Shown here piece after piece: positions 37,655 to 49,525 of a stretch of DNA of 64,000 nt. Every line of letters starts with the position of its first letter. Positions within the stretch are counted from its first letter, which is position 1. The notes beneath the pieces are model-generated. The model was not told where the DNA came from, did no database searches, and saw only the letters and a list, made by a program, of their open reading frames with translations. Location of the stretch: contig CM060732.1 in NCBI GenBank assembly GCA_030704615.1, positions 54,808,001 through 54,872,000 on the forward strand, in the 5' to 3' direction. The translations under genes were made by a program, and so were the position numbers. This stretch comes from Takakia lepidozioides. Its lineage: Eukaryota > Plantae > Bryophyta.

Positions 37655-38622
37655 GTACTCGGCGCTGCTCAGCCATAGCCAAGCTGATAATCCAGGTCAA
37701 GCAATTGAGATCCATTGCTTGCCCCAATACGTGACAACGTGATGCCTCAGAAAGAGATGGCACCGCCGTGGTACCAGTGGTAAAACCCATCGCCCGCTCG
37801 CGCTCGTCAGCATTGGGCTCCACTAATTGATGCAACTGGCTATCCCACAAGAGGCCAGGTCCACCATCCCGAAAAGCATGGGATCCTGGAAAACTGAGCA
37901 GTATAGGCAATGCGGCTCGTGGGACCCACCTTATTGACCACTGCCGAAGGTGATCGGTCATCGTGTCTCACACGCTGAGACTGTCTCCCTATGTCCAAAA
38001 TGCTATCCACCGTCAGGTGTGGTGGCCATTGCACCCCATCAAATGCACGCTTGAGCAATGTAGGTGGCATCAAGTTGGTCCACCATAGTCGTGGGCGATG
38101 AGTCCGTGACCCCACTGCAGTTGCATCCAGCAACACTGCTAACCCAAGCCAAGACCGCACTTGATGCACACTGGCCATCACGTTGGCCCGAGAATCACCC
38201 ATCAATGGCGCATTCTCCAAGATATATGCTGGAGAGTCTGTCTGCTGAAGTTGTAAATAGCGTAGGACCCTCAACATTTTCCAAAACAGGCGTGACCTTG
38301 AGTCGTGTAACCCATTGTCATGCCCGGCTGATGAATGCCCTTGGCAGGGCCAACCTGCCACTACCAAGTGAATAGGGTCAACCCGCTCCAAACCATGCGC
38401 CCCCAGCAAAGAGATGTCTGCTGGCAATGCTTGTTGGTATCCACAAACTGCAGACACTGGCAACAAATCAGGGTACTGCTGCACCAATTGAGCAACATGG
38501 CGCAGTGAGACGCGTCGTGCAGTCTCATCCCTCTCCACATACACTCGTACACCTGCCTGCAACACTGCAGCCAATCTAGTGCTAATCCCGCCAAACAAGT
38601 CCAAAAGACATATGCCTTCATC
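37655..38622 (-). pseudogene. DNMT3-like C5 cytosine DNA methyltransferase domain inside pol
   Basis: Motif I LDLFGGI, II YVERD, IV AGWPCQG (catalytic Cys codon 38346-38344), VI YILENA, VIII HRPRLWWTN, IX/X ERERAMGF..GTT..R..LGQAM; one frameshift near 37920. Confidence 0.9.
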
Positions 38623-39039
38623 CGGGCACTACCACACAAGAGGTGTGGTGTCCAATGGCGACAACTGAGGTGGTCCTGGTGTAATCACCGCACTCTCCTC
38701 CTCTGACGGTACAAGGCCTCTACCCAGGCTTGTTGCACATGTCTATCAACAGCCTGCTGCAAATCCTTGCTCGTACCCCACAATGGAGTGTGAGCAACCA
38801 TGGCAGACAACTCCGCCGTACCATGCATGTCATCCTGCTCTGCTGGAGGTGGCACATCCTCTGCATGGGCATTACCCTCCAGCAACTCTCCAGGCCAACT
38901 AACTGCAGCTGTGAAGGCTGCTAGTGTTGGCATCTTGCCCCGCTGGGCAGCAGCAACACCCCCAATGAATGTCACAGGGAGTTGTACACGACGACCATCC
39001 CCTGACTGCCATCCAGGCCTGTAGGATTCTGACTCCTCC

Positions 39040-39400
39040 CAAAAATCCAGGGTGAAGCCCATGATTTAACACTGCCCCACCAACGAGGACATCATAAGAG
39101 ACCGCATCTGTCACAATGGCCTTGGCTCGCATCACTGAGCCATCTATAGGATGATCCGGCTGTAGTCTAATGACCAACTTACGCCATGTCATGCCCCGAG
39201 CCTACTTTGATCCTCCCAGAGATGTCTGTATCTGGAAAGGACAAGGCTCCATATCCGCCTCCATGAGGCCCAAACCTGCAATAGCAGCTCTGCCCAACAT
39301 CAGTGGCTGAGCTCCCACGTCCAACAAGACCGGCAGTGGCCGGTACCTCTTGCCTGCCGGTCCACTCAAAGAGAAAATGCCATCCTGGTTGTCTAACAAG
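39040..39400 (-). pseudogene. Retroviral-type aspartic protease domain
   Basis: VLLDVGAQPLMLG and YDVLVG motifs. Confidence 0.7.
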
Positions 39401-39999
39401 ACAACTCCAGGTGTCACCATGGCGCGCTCAAAGGCTGGCCTAGCTGGCAGCTCTGTCAACTTGACAGCTGCAGCTTGCCATGGCGTAGCCGTGGCAGTCT
39501 TGACCCTCAAATCCGAGGATCCCTCTGCCACTTTACCTTCCACTAACTCCGCAGAAGATGAAGTGACCTCCCCACTCTCGCAGAGTGTTGCTGCTAGTCT
39601 GAACACTGCAACTGGTCTTACCCCCGGCGTCGCGATCATGGTTGCCGAGAACAGTGGGGCTTGACACACAGAGGTGGCTGCCCCCAACAACACACTGGTT
39701 GCACTAGCCTTGGCAGCCGGTGCCAGTGCTGTACGTGTAGTTCTCCCCAATCGCACAATAACGGCCTCTGTATCTGTCGGGCGAGAACTAGGTGCCATGG
39801 ATGTCGTCGACACTGTCTCCCCCAAGATGAATGATTGAGGCAACCTAGCCTGACGGCTTGCCTCCCCACGTTGTGGATCTAATTCCACCTCTGCATCTCG
39901 TGGCTCATGAACTCGTGCTGCTCCTCGAGTGATGGCTGCAGCAGACTCCACTTGCACGATTGGTAGTGAATGCCCCACCATAAATCCCATTGCCTCCCC

Positions 40000-41552
40000 T
40001 GTCTCCTCCGTCAGGATGACACTGCTGAGAGGAACGAGTGGACCCTCGGGTCTTGGAGACTAGTACCCCTGAGCTGTTGGCCATGGCAGAAAGCCTTTGC
40101 TCTAGTTGCTGAAGCTGGTTGGCCATGCCTTGGTCAACGCCCTGACCTCCACGTCCTTTGCCATACTGTGCTTGCCCTCGTCCTGCACCTCGTGCCTGAT
40201 CACCTCGTCCTCTCTGAGGTGCTCCACCTCGCCCTCGGCCACCATTGTTCCCTTGAACTGGCCTCGCCGCAACTCAGGGTGCAAATCATAACACTGGGCA
40301 TCTCCATGCCCATACTTGCCACAAGGCCCACACTGCAACTGTGCAAGCTGTACTTGTGCCGGCCCTTTGCTACTTTCTGGGCAATCTTTCTTGACATGGA
40401 TCCTCCACATGTCCAACATACCACCCTTTTTGCTGTTTGGCCTGCAAAAAAAAGCTACTGGCCTCTGCCACCTGAGGTCCTCTGTAAGCTCCATGGAATT
40501 TGGGTTGGGAAACCTTGCCCCCCTGACCACGCTGTTGGGCAGTCCCTTGTGCCTATTGGCTTGCAGGTGCACCTTGTGCAGGCATGTCCTTGCGAAATCC
40601 CATGATAACAACTCTTGTCCTCCACCATGTTGAGCTCAATCCGCTCAGCCAGCAGAAACACATCTGCTACTGGGTTGGGCTGCTTATAACAGGGTTGCAT
40701 CCCGCACCCTTCTCCTGAGCTCCTTGTCTAAAATTCCATACCAGAACTGGATTGCCTGAGTTTCAGTAACCCCCTGGGTCACACTTATCAAGCGCCTCAT
40801 ACGAGTGTAGGCCTCTCGCAGGCTCTCATTGGATCTGCGCTGGAAGCCTTGCAAACTTCGCAGCTTCTCTGTCCGTACACCTTGGTAGGTCCTCCGCAAC
40901 TCCTGGAAGAACTCCACCAACCCGGGCTGAATCTAGGCACATGTGTTGTAGTCGTGGCAGGAGGAGTAGTATCACCTTCTGCAAAGTACCCCGGCACTAC
41001 TTGTTCCACTACTAGTGCTGGCCGTGGGAGGTATTGGTGCTGATGCCGCTACTGGTCGCGTTGTGCCTCGAGTAATGGAGACGTAGTTAGGTGACCAATA
41101 CATCCTCCACTCCTCAATCTCTGCTTCATGTCCTTGCCTGAACTCGTGGTAATCGTCTATAGGCGGGCCTTCCAAATGCTGGAACAATCCCTTCCACTCC
41201 ATGAATGAGGTGAACAGCTGTGGATTGCGCATCTGCTGCAAATCACACCATCTATCAAACTCCTAGATAAAATCATCCGGCTCGATTGTGCCCACAGCTC
41301 CAGAGTAACTACGAGGCCCCTTGGTAGCTCCATATATCTCCTCCATGTCGTCCCACAATAATGGCGAAGAAAACTGCACCCCTGTTGATGAAGCCTCGAG
41401 TCTCTGTCGGACTCTACAGTAGTCGAGGATAGAGGTGACGGTGGTCTGAACCAAATACCTCGTCTTGTGAACCCACTCTCACTGCTACTGCCTGTAGCCG
41501 TACTCCCCACAAAACCCTTGGGTAACTCCGTGATGACACTCACAACGTGCAC
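40000..41552 (-). pseudogene. Gag (frameshifted) with CCHC zinc knuckle
   Basis: FQRRSNESLREAYTRM (gag core-like) and CGPCGKYGHGDAQC knuckle at ~40335-40292. Confidence 0.75.
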
Positions 41553-44500
41553 CTCCCCTACATGACACTATGAGGCTCTAGTACCAATTCTAATAGTGAC
41601 ACGGGTGGGCATCTGTTGCAATTAAAGGGTCATATCCCAGTGGCTCAGGGCACCTGCACCTACATCCACCGCAAGAACTCCTATGGTTGGCTGGTCATCA
41701 ACCCAGTCTCACCATAGAAGAAACATTGGTGGTCTTGCTGGTCATCACTCCAGCCTCACCACCGATAGCATACTCTAGGATTGACCAGTGATCAAATCCG
41801 GCCTAATCCCTATGAAAGCAAGCGCCCACACAAAACCAACATGGCGCACAGTCAAGCATGCAGGCGTTGGGGGGGATCCCAACACAAGAAATCAAAACAT
41901 CAACACCCCCACACCAAAATCCATCTGTAGTGCTGATCTTGCAGAACCTCCCAGCCCAAAACCCCGGACTGACTGGCCTCCACCAAGAGAGGCTTTGGCA
42001 ACTACAAATACAAAGTAATGAAAATAGTAAAAAGAGGGAGGAGAAGAATAGAGGCCCGACCAAGCAAGATCTAATCCTGATCTATGCTATCAACTGCCAG
42101 ACTTCTCTCAAAGTGTCTCGCTCTGCATGATGGTAAGGTGTAGGAGGTATATCTATGTCTAGAAACTTGTTACTAACCTTATCCCAAGCTATAGTAGCTC
42201 GCTCTAACCAACCCTCCTCCTCTCTCTGCCAGGTAGAGACAAAGCAATACTCCCCTATTTCCCGCTCACTGAACACTAAAGAAAATAAAGGTAGGGTCTG
42301 ACAGTCTCTCAACTCCAAAGCTTTGAGACGGTTGCGGGTGTCCTCATTGCGAATGATTGCTTCTCCTTCAAGCAGAACAAAATTTTCATTGCTAATGAAC
42401 CCCCGCTCGTGGTTGCCTCGTATAGAGCATGTCCGGCTGCAACCATGTCTGATTGCAAAAACTTGTGTAACTCCTGCTCCTCTACTCCAGTACACCACGG
42501 CCTTGTGGCTGAACACCTTGGTCCCCGGGCTGTCTTTGGCTGTGTTCCAAGCCTAGCTTCCACCCACTTTGGTATTTCACCTACAGCTGCAGAACTGCTT
42601 GCTCCAACAGAGTTCTGACTGTCCAAAGCAATATTGAGGCCCTCAACGCCAACTACAGCAATTTGTTGTCTATTGCTAATGCCTGACTCCCAGTATGCAA
42701 TCAACTCGTCCAACTGCTCTCCACTCAAATCAGTCTGAGTTCCTTGAGAAACATAAATTTTGTCCCTTTGTGTGCACAGGCTAAGAGAAGAGACCTACCC
42801 TTCAATTACGTCCTCATTTCCCCCAGCCATACAAGGGGGACATCCCCAGATTTGTCTCTCAAGTAGACCACAACAGGTTCTAGAAACAGAATTGTGGATC
42901 TTTCATAGCACACTCACACTCAAAAAATTCCATAGATTTTTAGCAGAGTCCAAAAAACAAAAACCAGGTCTAGGTAGATTTCCCCTTTCTGCAACTATCC
43001 CCCCAAAAACTGAGTCAAACGGAGTTCATTTGACAAAGATATGACCAATTAGGCTCTAAATCATTTAAATTAGATCAAAAGGGTTTTTTTTTTTTTTTTT
43101 TTTTAACACCAAAATGTTCTCGCCATTAAAAACTGCTCCCAAGTCATCTACGAGTTCCCAACACGTCCATGTAGTTCTCACAGATTCCCTGGATTTCACC
43201 TACAGGTATTTCAAACATACACCGGTGAACTGCTCTGCTCCAGCCAAGATCTGTAGCTATGCCGACTCTGGGGCTTTGATCCTTCGCATCCACTCCATCT
43301 AGCACACCCTTCCATGCCACACTTGACGTGCACATGCCTCAGGGAAGCAATCTGAACAACTCCAACTTTGACCACCCACAATGAACTCCTTCGCTCTTCA
43401 TCAGGGCTGCCAAGCTTCTATTGCAAGCACATGTAAATAAATTATGTGGAGCCTGAGTCACACATCTGCCCCTTCAGTTGATCACTTGTCTATCAAGGCA
43501 TTTTCCCACACCTAAGTGGGTTATACCCTGTCTTAATCACACTCCCTCAGACCAGATTTCAGCCATGTCATCAGTCGCTCCAACCTAGCAAACCATCGCA
43601 GTTCATCTCTAACAGACCTCAATTACCTCTTCTCATACAATGCAAGGAACTAATCTTCAGAGGAACAGAATCTAACTCCTACCAACTCGTCTAGCTCTAC
43701 CAAGTTCTGCGCTTTTGCCTCGCCCAATCTGCATCAGCCCCCAGGGTGCAAAACCTAAGATTTTGGTAACACAGGGTGCATGCTTCTCGCAGACTTATTC
43801 CAAATGTTGTGCCTCGTAACAATGCACTGCAAAATACCCTCAGATCATGTCATATGACCGAAACACCTCCCAAAGATTGTTGTGTTGCATTCCCTGAAAC
43901 ACTAGGCACACTAGTGCCCAGCGCAAGAGAGCCTTGGGAAAGTCGGCCATTCCCTGCAACTGACTGCCCGTTCTCCAAAGAGATTCCTCCGGTCCCAAAT
44001 TTGCTGTCTAAATGCTGGAGACCTGGACCACCGCCCTGGCCAGTTGTTGTCCCTGGCCGAGCATGGTCTAGAGGTTGCAGAGGTCCTGGTTCTGACTTCA
44101 CGTGTGTTAGCTGCGAGGCTTGCACAGGCAAGAGCTTCTTGTCTCTTTGCTTTCGAGGCTTCTTCTAACTGGAACCTAAGGGCTGAACCTTGGTCTGCAG
44201 GTCCGAAGATTGGTTTGAAGAGAGAGCAAGTGCAGATGGCAGCTGCCCACCAGGTTCTGACAGAGTATCATCAGGGCTTGTCCCTGCATCAGGGATGGCT
44301 CGAGTGCTTGCATCACGGAAAAGAGAGCCTAAAACTGCACGCATACGTTGATGGTGTCTCAAACAGTACACCTTGGTGGCCATTGGTAAGGGATTAACCT
44401 CAGCCGTATCATGCAGCTTCCCGCCATACTGGGGGCAATTATTGTTGGCTTTGAACTGCTGCAACAACACTTCGAATGGTTTCCGCCTTCCTGTTACTGC

Positions 44501-45033
44501 CCGTTATTCAGTGTGCAATTTACAGGTCAAGGATCGGCGACAACAGGCACCAGATTGCCCCGTCACCACCCCACAAAGCACATCTAGCTACTCCGTTGTC
44601 AACAACTTTGGTCTTTTCCAAGGTGGTGATTTGGTGTCCGCCAGACTTGTGCTTCCTGGCCCCAGCCCTGCTCCATCCTCTCCCGGTCATCCTCTCAGCG
44701 TCCTTGCCAAGCTGACCCATAAGCACGACAACCGCTTCTCATTCGGCCTTCACTACTCGCACACCATACATATGGTCAGAATGAGTCTGAGTTCCTACTG
44801 TCACCACCAACCAAAACCAAGAGGCAGGAGCCCTCCTCTGATTGATATGCTTCCCATGACCATCTATATACCCAGAAACCAGAGATGATCGAAACCTACA
44901 TGTTTCTTTTTGTTTGTTTTTTTTTTTTTTTTAAGCTTCTCAAACTAAGCACTACTTACACACAGGTAATCATACAAGTGCTAACCCTCAACTCCTACCT
45001 TGCACTCACAGGTAAGAGATCATCTCTCTCGAC

Positions 45034-45383
45034 TGATAGAAACTAAACTCACACTGTTGACACGAAAACACTCAATACAACACAATCACTCATTAAAACT
45101 ACGAGTCGAGCCAGGGGCACCCCAAGCTATGGGGACTCCACCCCACAACATCCTATTCTCCCTTCATAAGTACACTTAGATTCTAAGCAGCGAAGGAGCT
45201 CGGTCGTGCAGGCTCAACTCGAGAGAGATGAGCTGCACGACTGACGCTCTCGTGAAGATAAGATGGTTCAAGTGTCAAGCTAAACTTGACACCTGACTTA
45301 ACACTTGAACTAAATCCAAGTGTTAAATACAAATAACTAGCTTTATTCTAGTTAGTTTCACACTGTGTTTATTTAACTTGACA
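45034..45383 (-). repeat. 5' terminal repeat B (350 bp)
   Basis: Direct repeat of 33566-33915 with about 11 mismatches. Confidence 0.95.
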
Positions 45384-45483
45384 GATAACCATGGCTAAAA
45401 CATAGCTATATCACTAAGGGAAACGGCAGGGGGGAGGCGGAGCTCCGCCTCCCATCGCGGACCACGATCCACTCCACGTTTAC

Positions 45484-45486
<3 letters not shown>

Positions 45487-45515
<29 letters not shown>

Positions 45516-45545
45516 GTATTATTATTATTATTAACAATAACAATA
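45487..45545. repeat. (AAT)n/(ATT)n microsatellite
   Basis: Direct reading. Confidence 0.9.
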
Positions 45546-46239
45546 AAAATAGAAAAAACAAACAAATCATTTTTATTTTCTTTTATTTGGGTGGGATAGC
45601 CCTCTAAAAATACGATTGTTGCGACGATTGCAATTCAAGGCGGCTTCCATCCCAAAAAAAAAAACCAAAAAAAACAAAAATGTTGTTGGGGGATTCGTTT
45701 TGATCGGACGTGCTATTATTTTCCAATTAATGATATATTCAAACATGAATTTCTTATCATTTATGCTTGCAAACCAGAACTCATCACAGTTTGTATGGAC
45801 ATTCTTCCGGAGTGGTGTTCCATGGGTATATTTCTTGTTGATGGCGTGGTGTGAGCCTATAAGTTTGCCACGTAGCAAGCAGATGCAATGTTATTGGATA
45901 AAAATTGTCTTGGTTTGCCCGAGGTTGTGTTGTGGAGGTGATGTAACCCCAAGCTAACACACAAATGTGTCTGGGTTGACAGTGAACCTTTCCGGAATAA
46001 TGTATGGACCTCATTCGGGTCTATGTATCAACCTGTTCCTGAGATTACCGTCAAACAATAAACCTAAACAAACGGGTGCCATATGCCAACTATGAGGTGG
46101 AGTTGGGTGACTTAATTCGTGTAGTATGACTCATTAGTCATTGTCTTGTTCAGGTTGACTGAGGGAGAAAGCCGATTATGCATGGCTGAGGATCGGCAAT
46201 CCCTACACAACAACCCCGGGAATTAAAACTCTTGCAAGA

Positions 46240-46490
46240 TCACGACGCTTCCATCCGAACAGTAAGCCGGGCAAGTTGAGTGCAATGTAAGACACCAGTA
46301 CAGTTGTCAGTAGGTTGGTACGCCAATTTGTCTTTTCCAGAATAAGCAAATACACAGCAGCAATAAACACAAGCCACTCGAGGGTCTCCGTCAATCCGAA
46401 GGCAGTCAGGCCAATACCGGCAACAATATGCACGCCCAAGCTATGGAGAGCCTGACCCAAGACCTGCGTATCAGCAACCATATTTCTTGC
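46240..46490 (-). pseudogene. COR413 (WCOR413) cold-regulated membrane protein fragment
   Basis: LEWLVFIAAVYLLILEKTNWRTNLLTTVLVSYIALNLP matches the COR413 core; truncated at both ends. Confidence 0.75.
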
Positions 46491-47011
46491 ATGCACCACC
46501 GCTTCACATAAAGTCACATTCAGCACAAACCTTTGTATGACCGCCATTGCTATACAACTCCCTATGAATCTAAAAAATTGGGGTTCTCGAAATGAGCTTT
46601 GATCCACAATTCTGAGTCAGTTGTTGTGTACCCTCTAAAGAACTAGCAATGATGACCATGCAAGTGAGGGAAGCCAGCAAAGGTGATTTCTTGCTTGGAT
46701 TGTTCAATTGAACTTTAATAAGCATTCATGTATGAGAAAGTCTCGGTACTATGGGAACTTGCATGGAATCACGAAAGACTTGGGAATGTAGGAAAGTTCA
46801 AAAGAAAGTATGACGCCTCCCGAAGGAAGTGTAACTTATGGTGTCACTTCACCACAAGGGATACTGCCTTACAGCTGAAAGGTGGACACCTTCATGACAC
46901 ACCATACCGTGGTTTGAACCCACAACCACATCCGACGTACCACTGAGCTACATGCTGGTTGTCAACATAGGAAATATTGTGAGGCTCTGAGTTTGTTTGC
47001 ACCAACCGAAC

Positions 47012-47012
<1 letters not shown>

Positions 47013-47057
<45 letters not shown>
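47013..47057 (+). repeat. 45-nt poly(A) run
   Basis: Direct reading. Confidence 0.95.
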
Positions 47058-47058
<1 letters not shown>

Positions 47059-48379
47059 ATGTTGGGGTATTGATTAGGGCGAGTTAGGCTCTAAAAACGA
47101 GAAAGATCGAGCTACCTAGCCTTCCACAAAGTTGGAACAACCTTCAGGAAGGTCATTCATTTTATAAATTCGGTAAATAGGCCAAAAAATTATCTGACTG
47201 CAGGTAATTTGTGGTCGTTGGGCTCATAATTTCCAAAGAAATTACCTTCTTATAGGTAATTTTTTGGGGAGATCTTCATCATGGACTATACACAAGCTTG
47301 CTAGGTGTGGTCCTATTTTGGATTACCTAGTGGCATATTGCGAGTCAGGCATTAGCTAATAACAAGAAGACCTTTGCTACAGAGTAGAGCAGCTCTACAA
47401 TGGATGAAACACCGGATAGGTGAGGGCTTGGCTCGGCTACAAATACAACCAATGAGCGCTTGGGACTAACGTTAGATTTCCACAATAGCATTAGAACCAA
47501 TCAAGTCGTGCAACATATGGTCGACAATAATTATAATGCCTAAAAAAAATACCCTCCAATTGGCAAACGACCAATTCAAGAGGTCCAAAATAGGCTCTGA
47601 TTGCGCTTAAGAGCTAAATGGTCAAATACCACCATGATTTCACGCATTCATATTTTCCTCAGTTTTCAAATGGGATTTGAAATTTGACACTTAGCTGTTT
47701 ATTTGTTTATTGTTCCATAATTAATAATAGTCTTAATTAGACTCATTATTATTCTTTATTTGTCAAGGATCCGGATTCATTTGTAACATACGAGATTCGC
47801 TTCCAAATTGCAACATAAAGAACGATTTTAAAGCCACATTTTGGTTTGACAGTTGTATAAGACGTCAGTGTCAACTTGCAGTTGCTAGGCTGACAAAGCA
47901 ATCAAATAAAATTCTTTGGTCACTAAATTATGATGCAATAGATGGGTGTTGGAAGTTGGTGAGCGACAAGAACATTGGGACTATCATATTAACAGACAAT
48001 CTTGGCTATCAAGTGTGTGATGCACACGGAATATGTGTCTTTTGAAATAAGGTAATAAACTATTAAAAAAAACAAGACAAAGCTGACACATTTGTTCTAC
48101 AATGCTAGCTAAGCAAATAGAACTATTGTATCTTTCCTTTTAACTTGACAATGACTCGTTGGAGCATATAAGACATCTCACGAAAACCATTTTGTTTTTT
48201 CTTTCGTGTTCTAGAAGAAGACAAAATAAACAATGGAAGAGGAAGACAAAAAGATTCATATTTATATAGTGGCTTTGGTTGTGGTCATCTCTCTAAACTC
48301 ATCATTGTATGTACTATATCTAAGAGATACACAAGTCAAGTGGGTGAATTCTACTTGTTTGTGTGTGTAAGTGGCAAGA

Positions 48380-49011
48380 ATGGGAGGGTGTTCTTTGAAA
48401 CTACAGCTCCAGAAAGATATATTGTTTTGTTTTGTGTTGTCAGTCATCATTCTTGGATATGTCTCCTCAGTGTCTGGCTATGATTATGTTGCAACATTTC
48501 ATAACCATCTTGAGCGCAAATTAGACTTCACCTGTAATCAGGATTGTCTTAATGGTCCCACAGAAGATTTTGTAATACTCTAATCCAAACCCCATCTTAT
48601 CAAGTCTATTTACACACACATTATATGCGAGCACATTGAATTTAAGTGTGTGACACATTCAAGGTGTTTAAAAATAAAAGAAAAATTAGCGATGTTATAC
48701 AGAGCGAATAAATTGGAACCACATTATTCCTAATAATCACTTGGCTAACGACTTGATTATGACAATTGCAGAGCCTTCAACCAAGACAAGGCGAAACATT
48801 GTACATTTCATGGGCAACGGAACTTTGCTACACAATGCACTGCCAAGTCCGGTATTATTACAATGGTGGAGCAGCATATTATACGCATACATGGCAAGCA
48901 GCTGGAAATGGGTACAAGGGAAGTATTAACTGGGTGTTTGATGCATCAGGAGCTTGCTCTTATCATGATTCTAACACCAACAATTGCAAACCAAATTGGA
49001 CCTGGTCGTAG
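48380..49011 (+). CDS. Small secreted Cys-rich protein (~143 aa), two exons
   Basis: Exon 48380-48571 with a hydrophobic signal-like segment (ILFCFVLSVIILGYVSSVSG), phase-0 GT-AG intron, exon 48772-49011 ending TAG; several Cys and Trp. Confidence 0.7.
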
Positions 49012-49525
49012 CCATGATATGGAGCTCAATAATCACGGCCCCATGCAAGCAATATAGTCAAAGATGCAAGAATTGCAAAGTTATGTGCATTGTGGTCGAA
49101 TTCCTAGTTAAGATAAATCATTTACATGGATGTTGTAATTTGATGGTTGTTTTCAACTTCAGCAGCCTTATGACACTTTACAAGGTTATGTTTTAATTCG
49201 ATTAACAAGGCATCGATCCATTTCTTTAAAAAAAGATATAAATTGAATTTCAGGATTTATTTCTTTTCTGAAAATTATTGGACATGTGATCTAATTTTAA
49301 TAAGCAATATAACTTAGAGATATAGAATAAATGCATGGAATACATGCGAGCCCTACCTTTTTGTAAGATTTGGTTGTGAAATGATTGACACAATCTGGAA
49401 TTGGTGTTTGATCCATTATGCTAGTTTTGTTCTTTAATTGTTTAGCTAATAATAAATAGTTAGAGTTCTAAAATACTATGTTGAAAATGATCAGTCCATA
49501 TATGAACTTACTCAACATTAAATTT

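Larger units (their letters stand above)
33480..45383 (-). mobile_element. Ty3/Gypsy-type retrotransposon with split/permuted terminal repeats, C5-DNA-methyltransferase and PHD domains (decayed)
   Basis: TGTC...GACA termini; GATA TSD (33476-33479, 45384-45387); domain order gag-PR-MTase-RT-RNaseH-IN-PHD; PPT at 34005-34016; repeats A (33480-33564, 33918-34002) and B (33566-33915, 45034-45383). Confidence 0.92.

Noticed and set aside
45573-46014. Helitron Rep fragment
   Set aside because: Similarity too weak to support by eye
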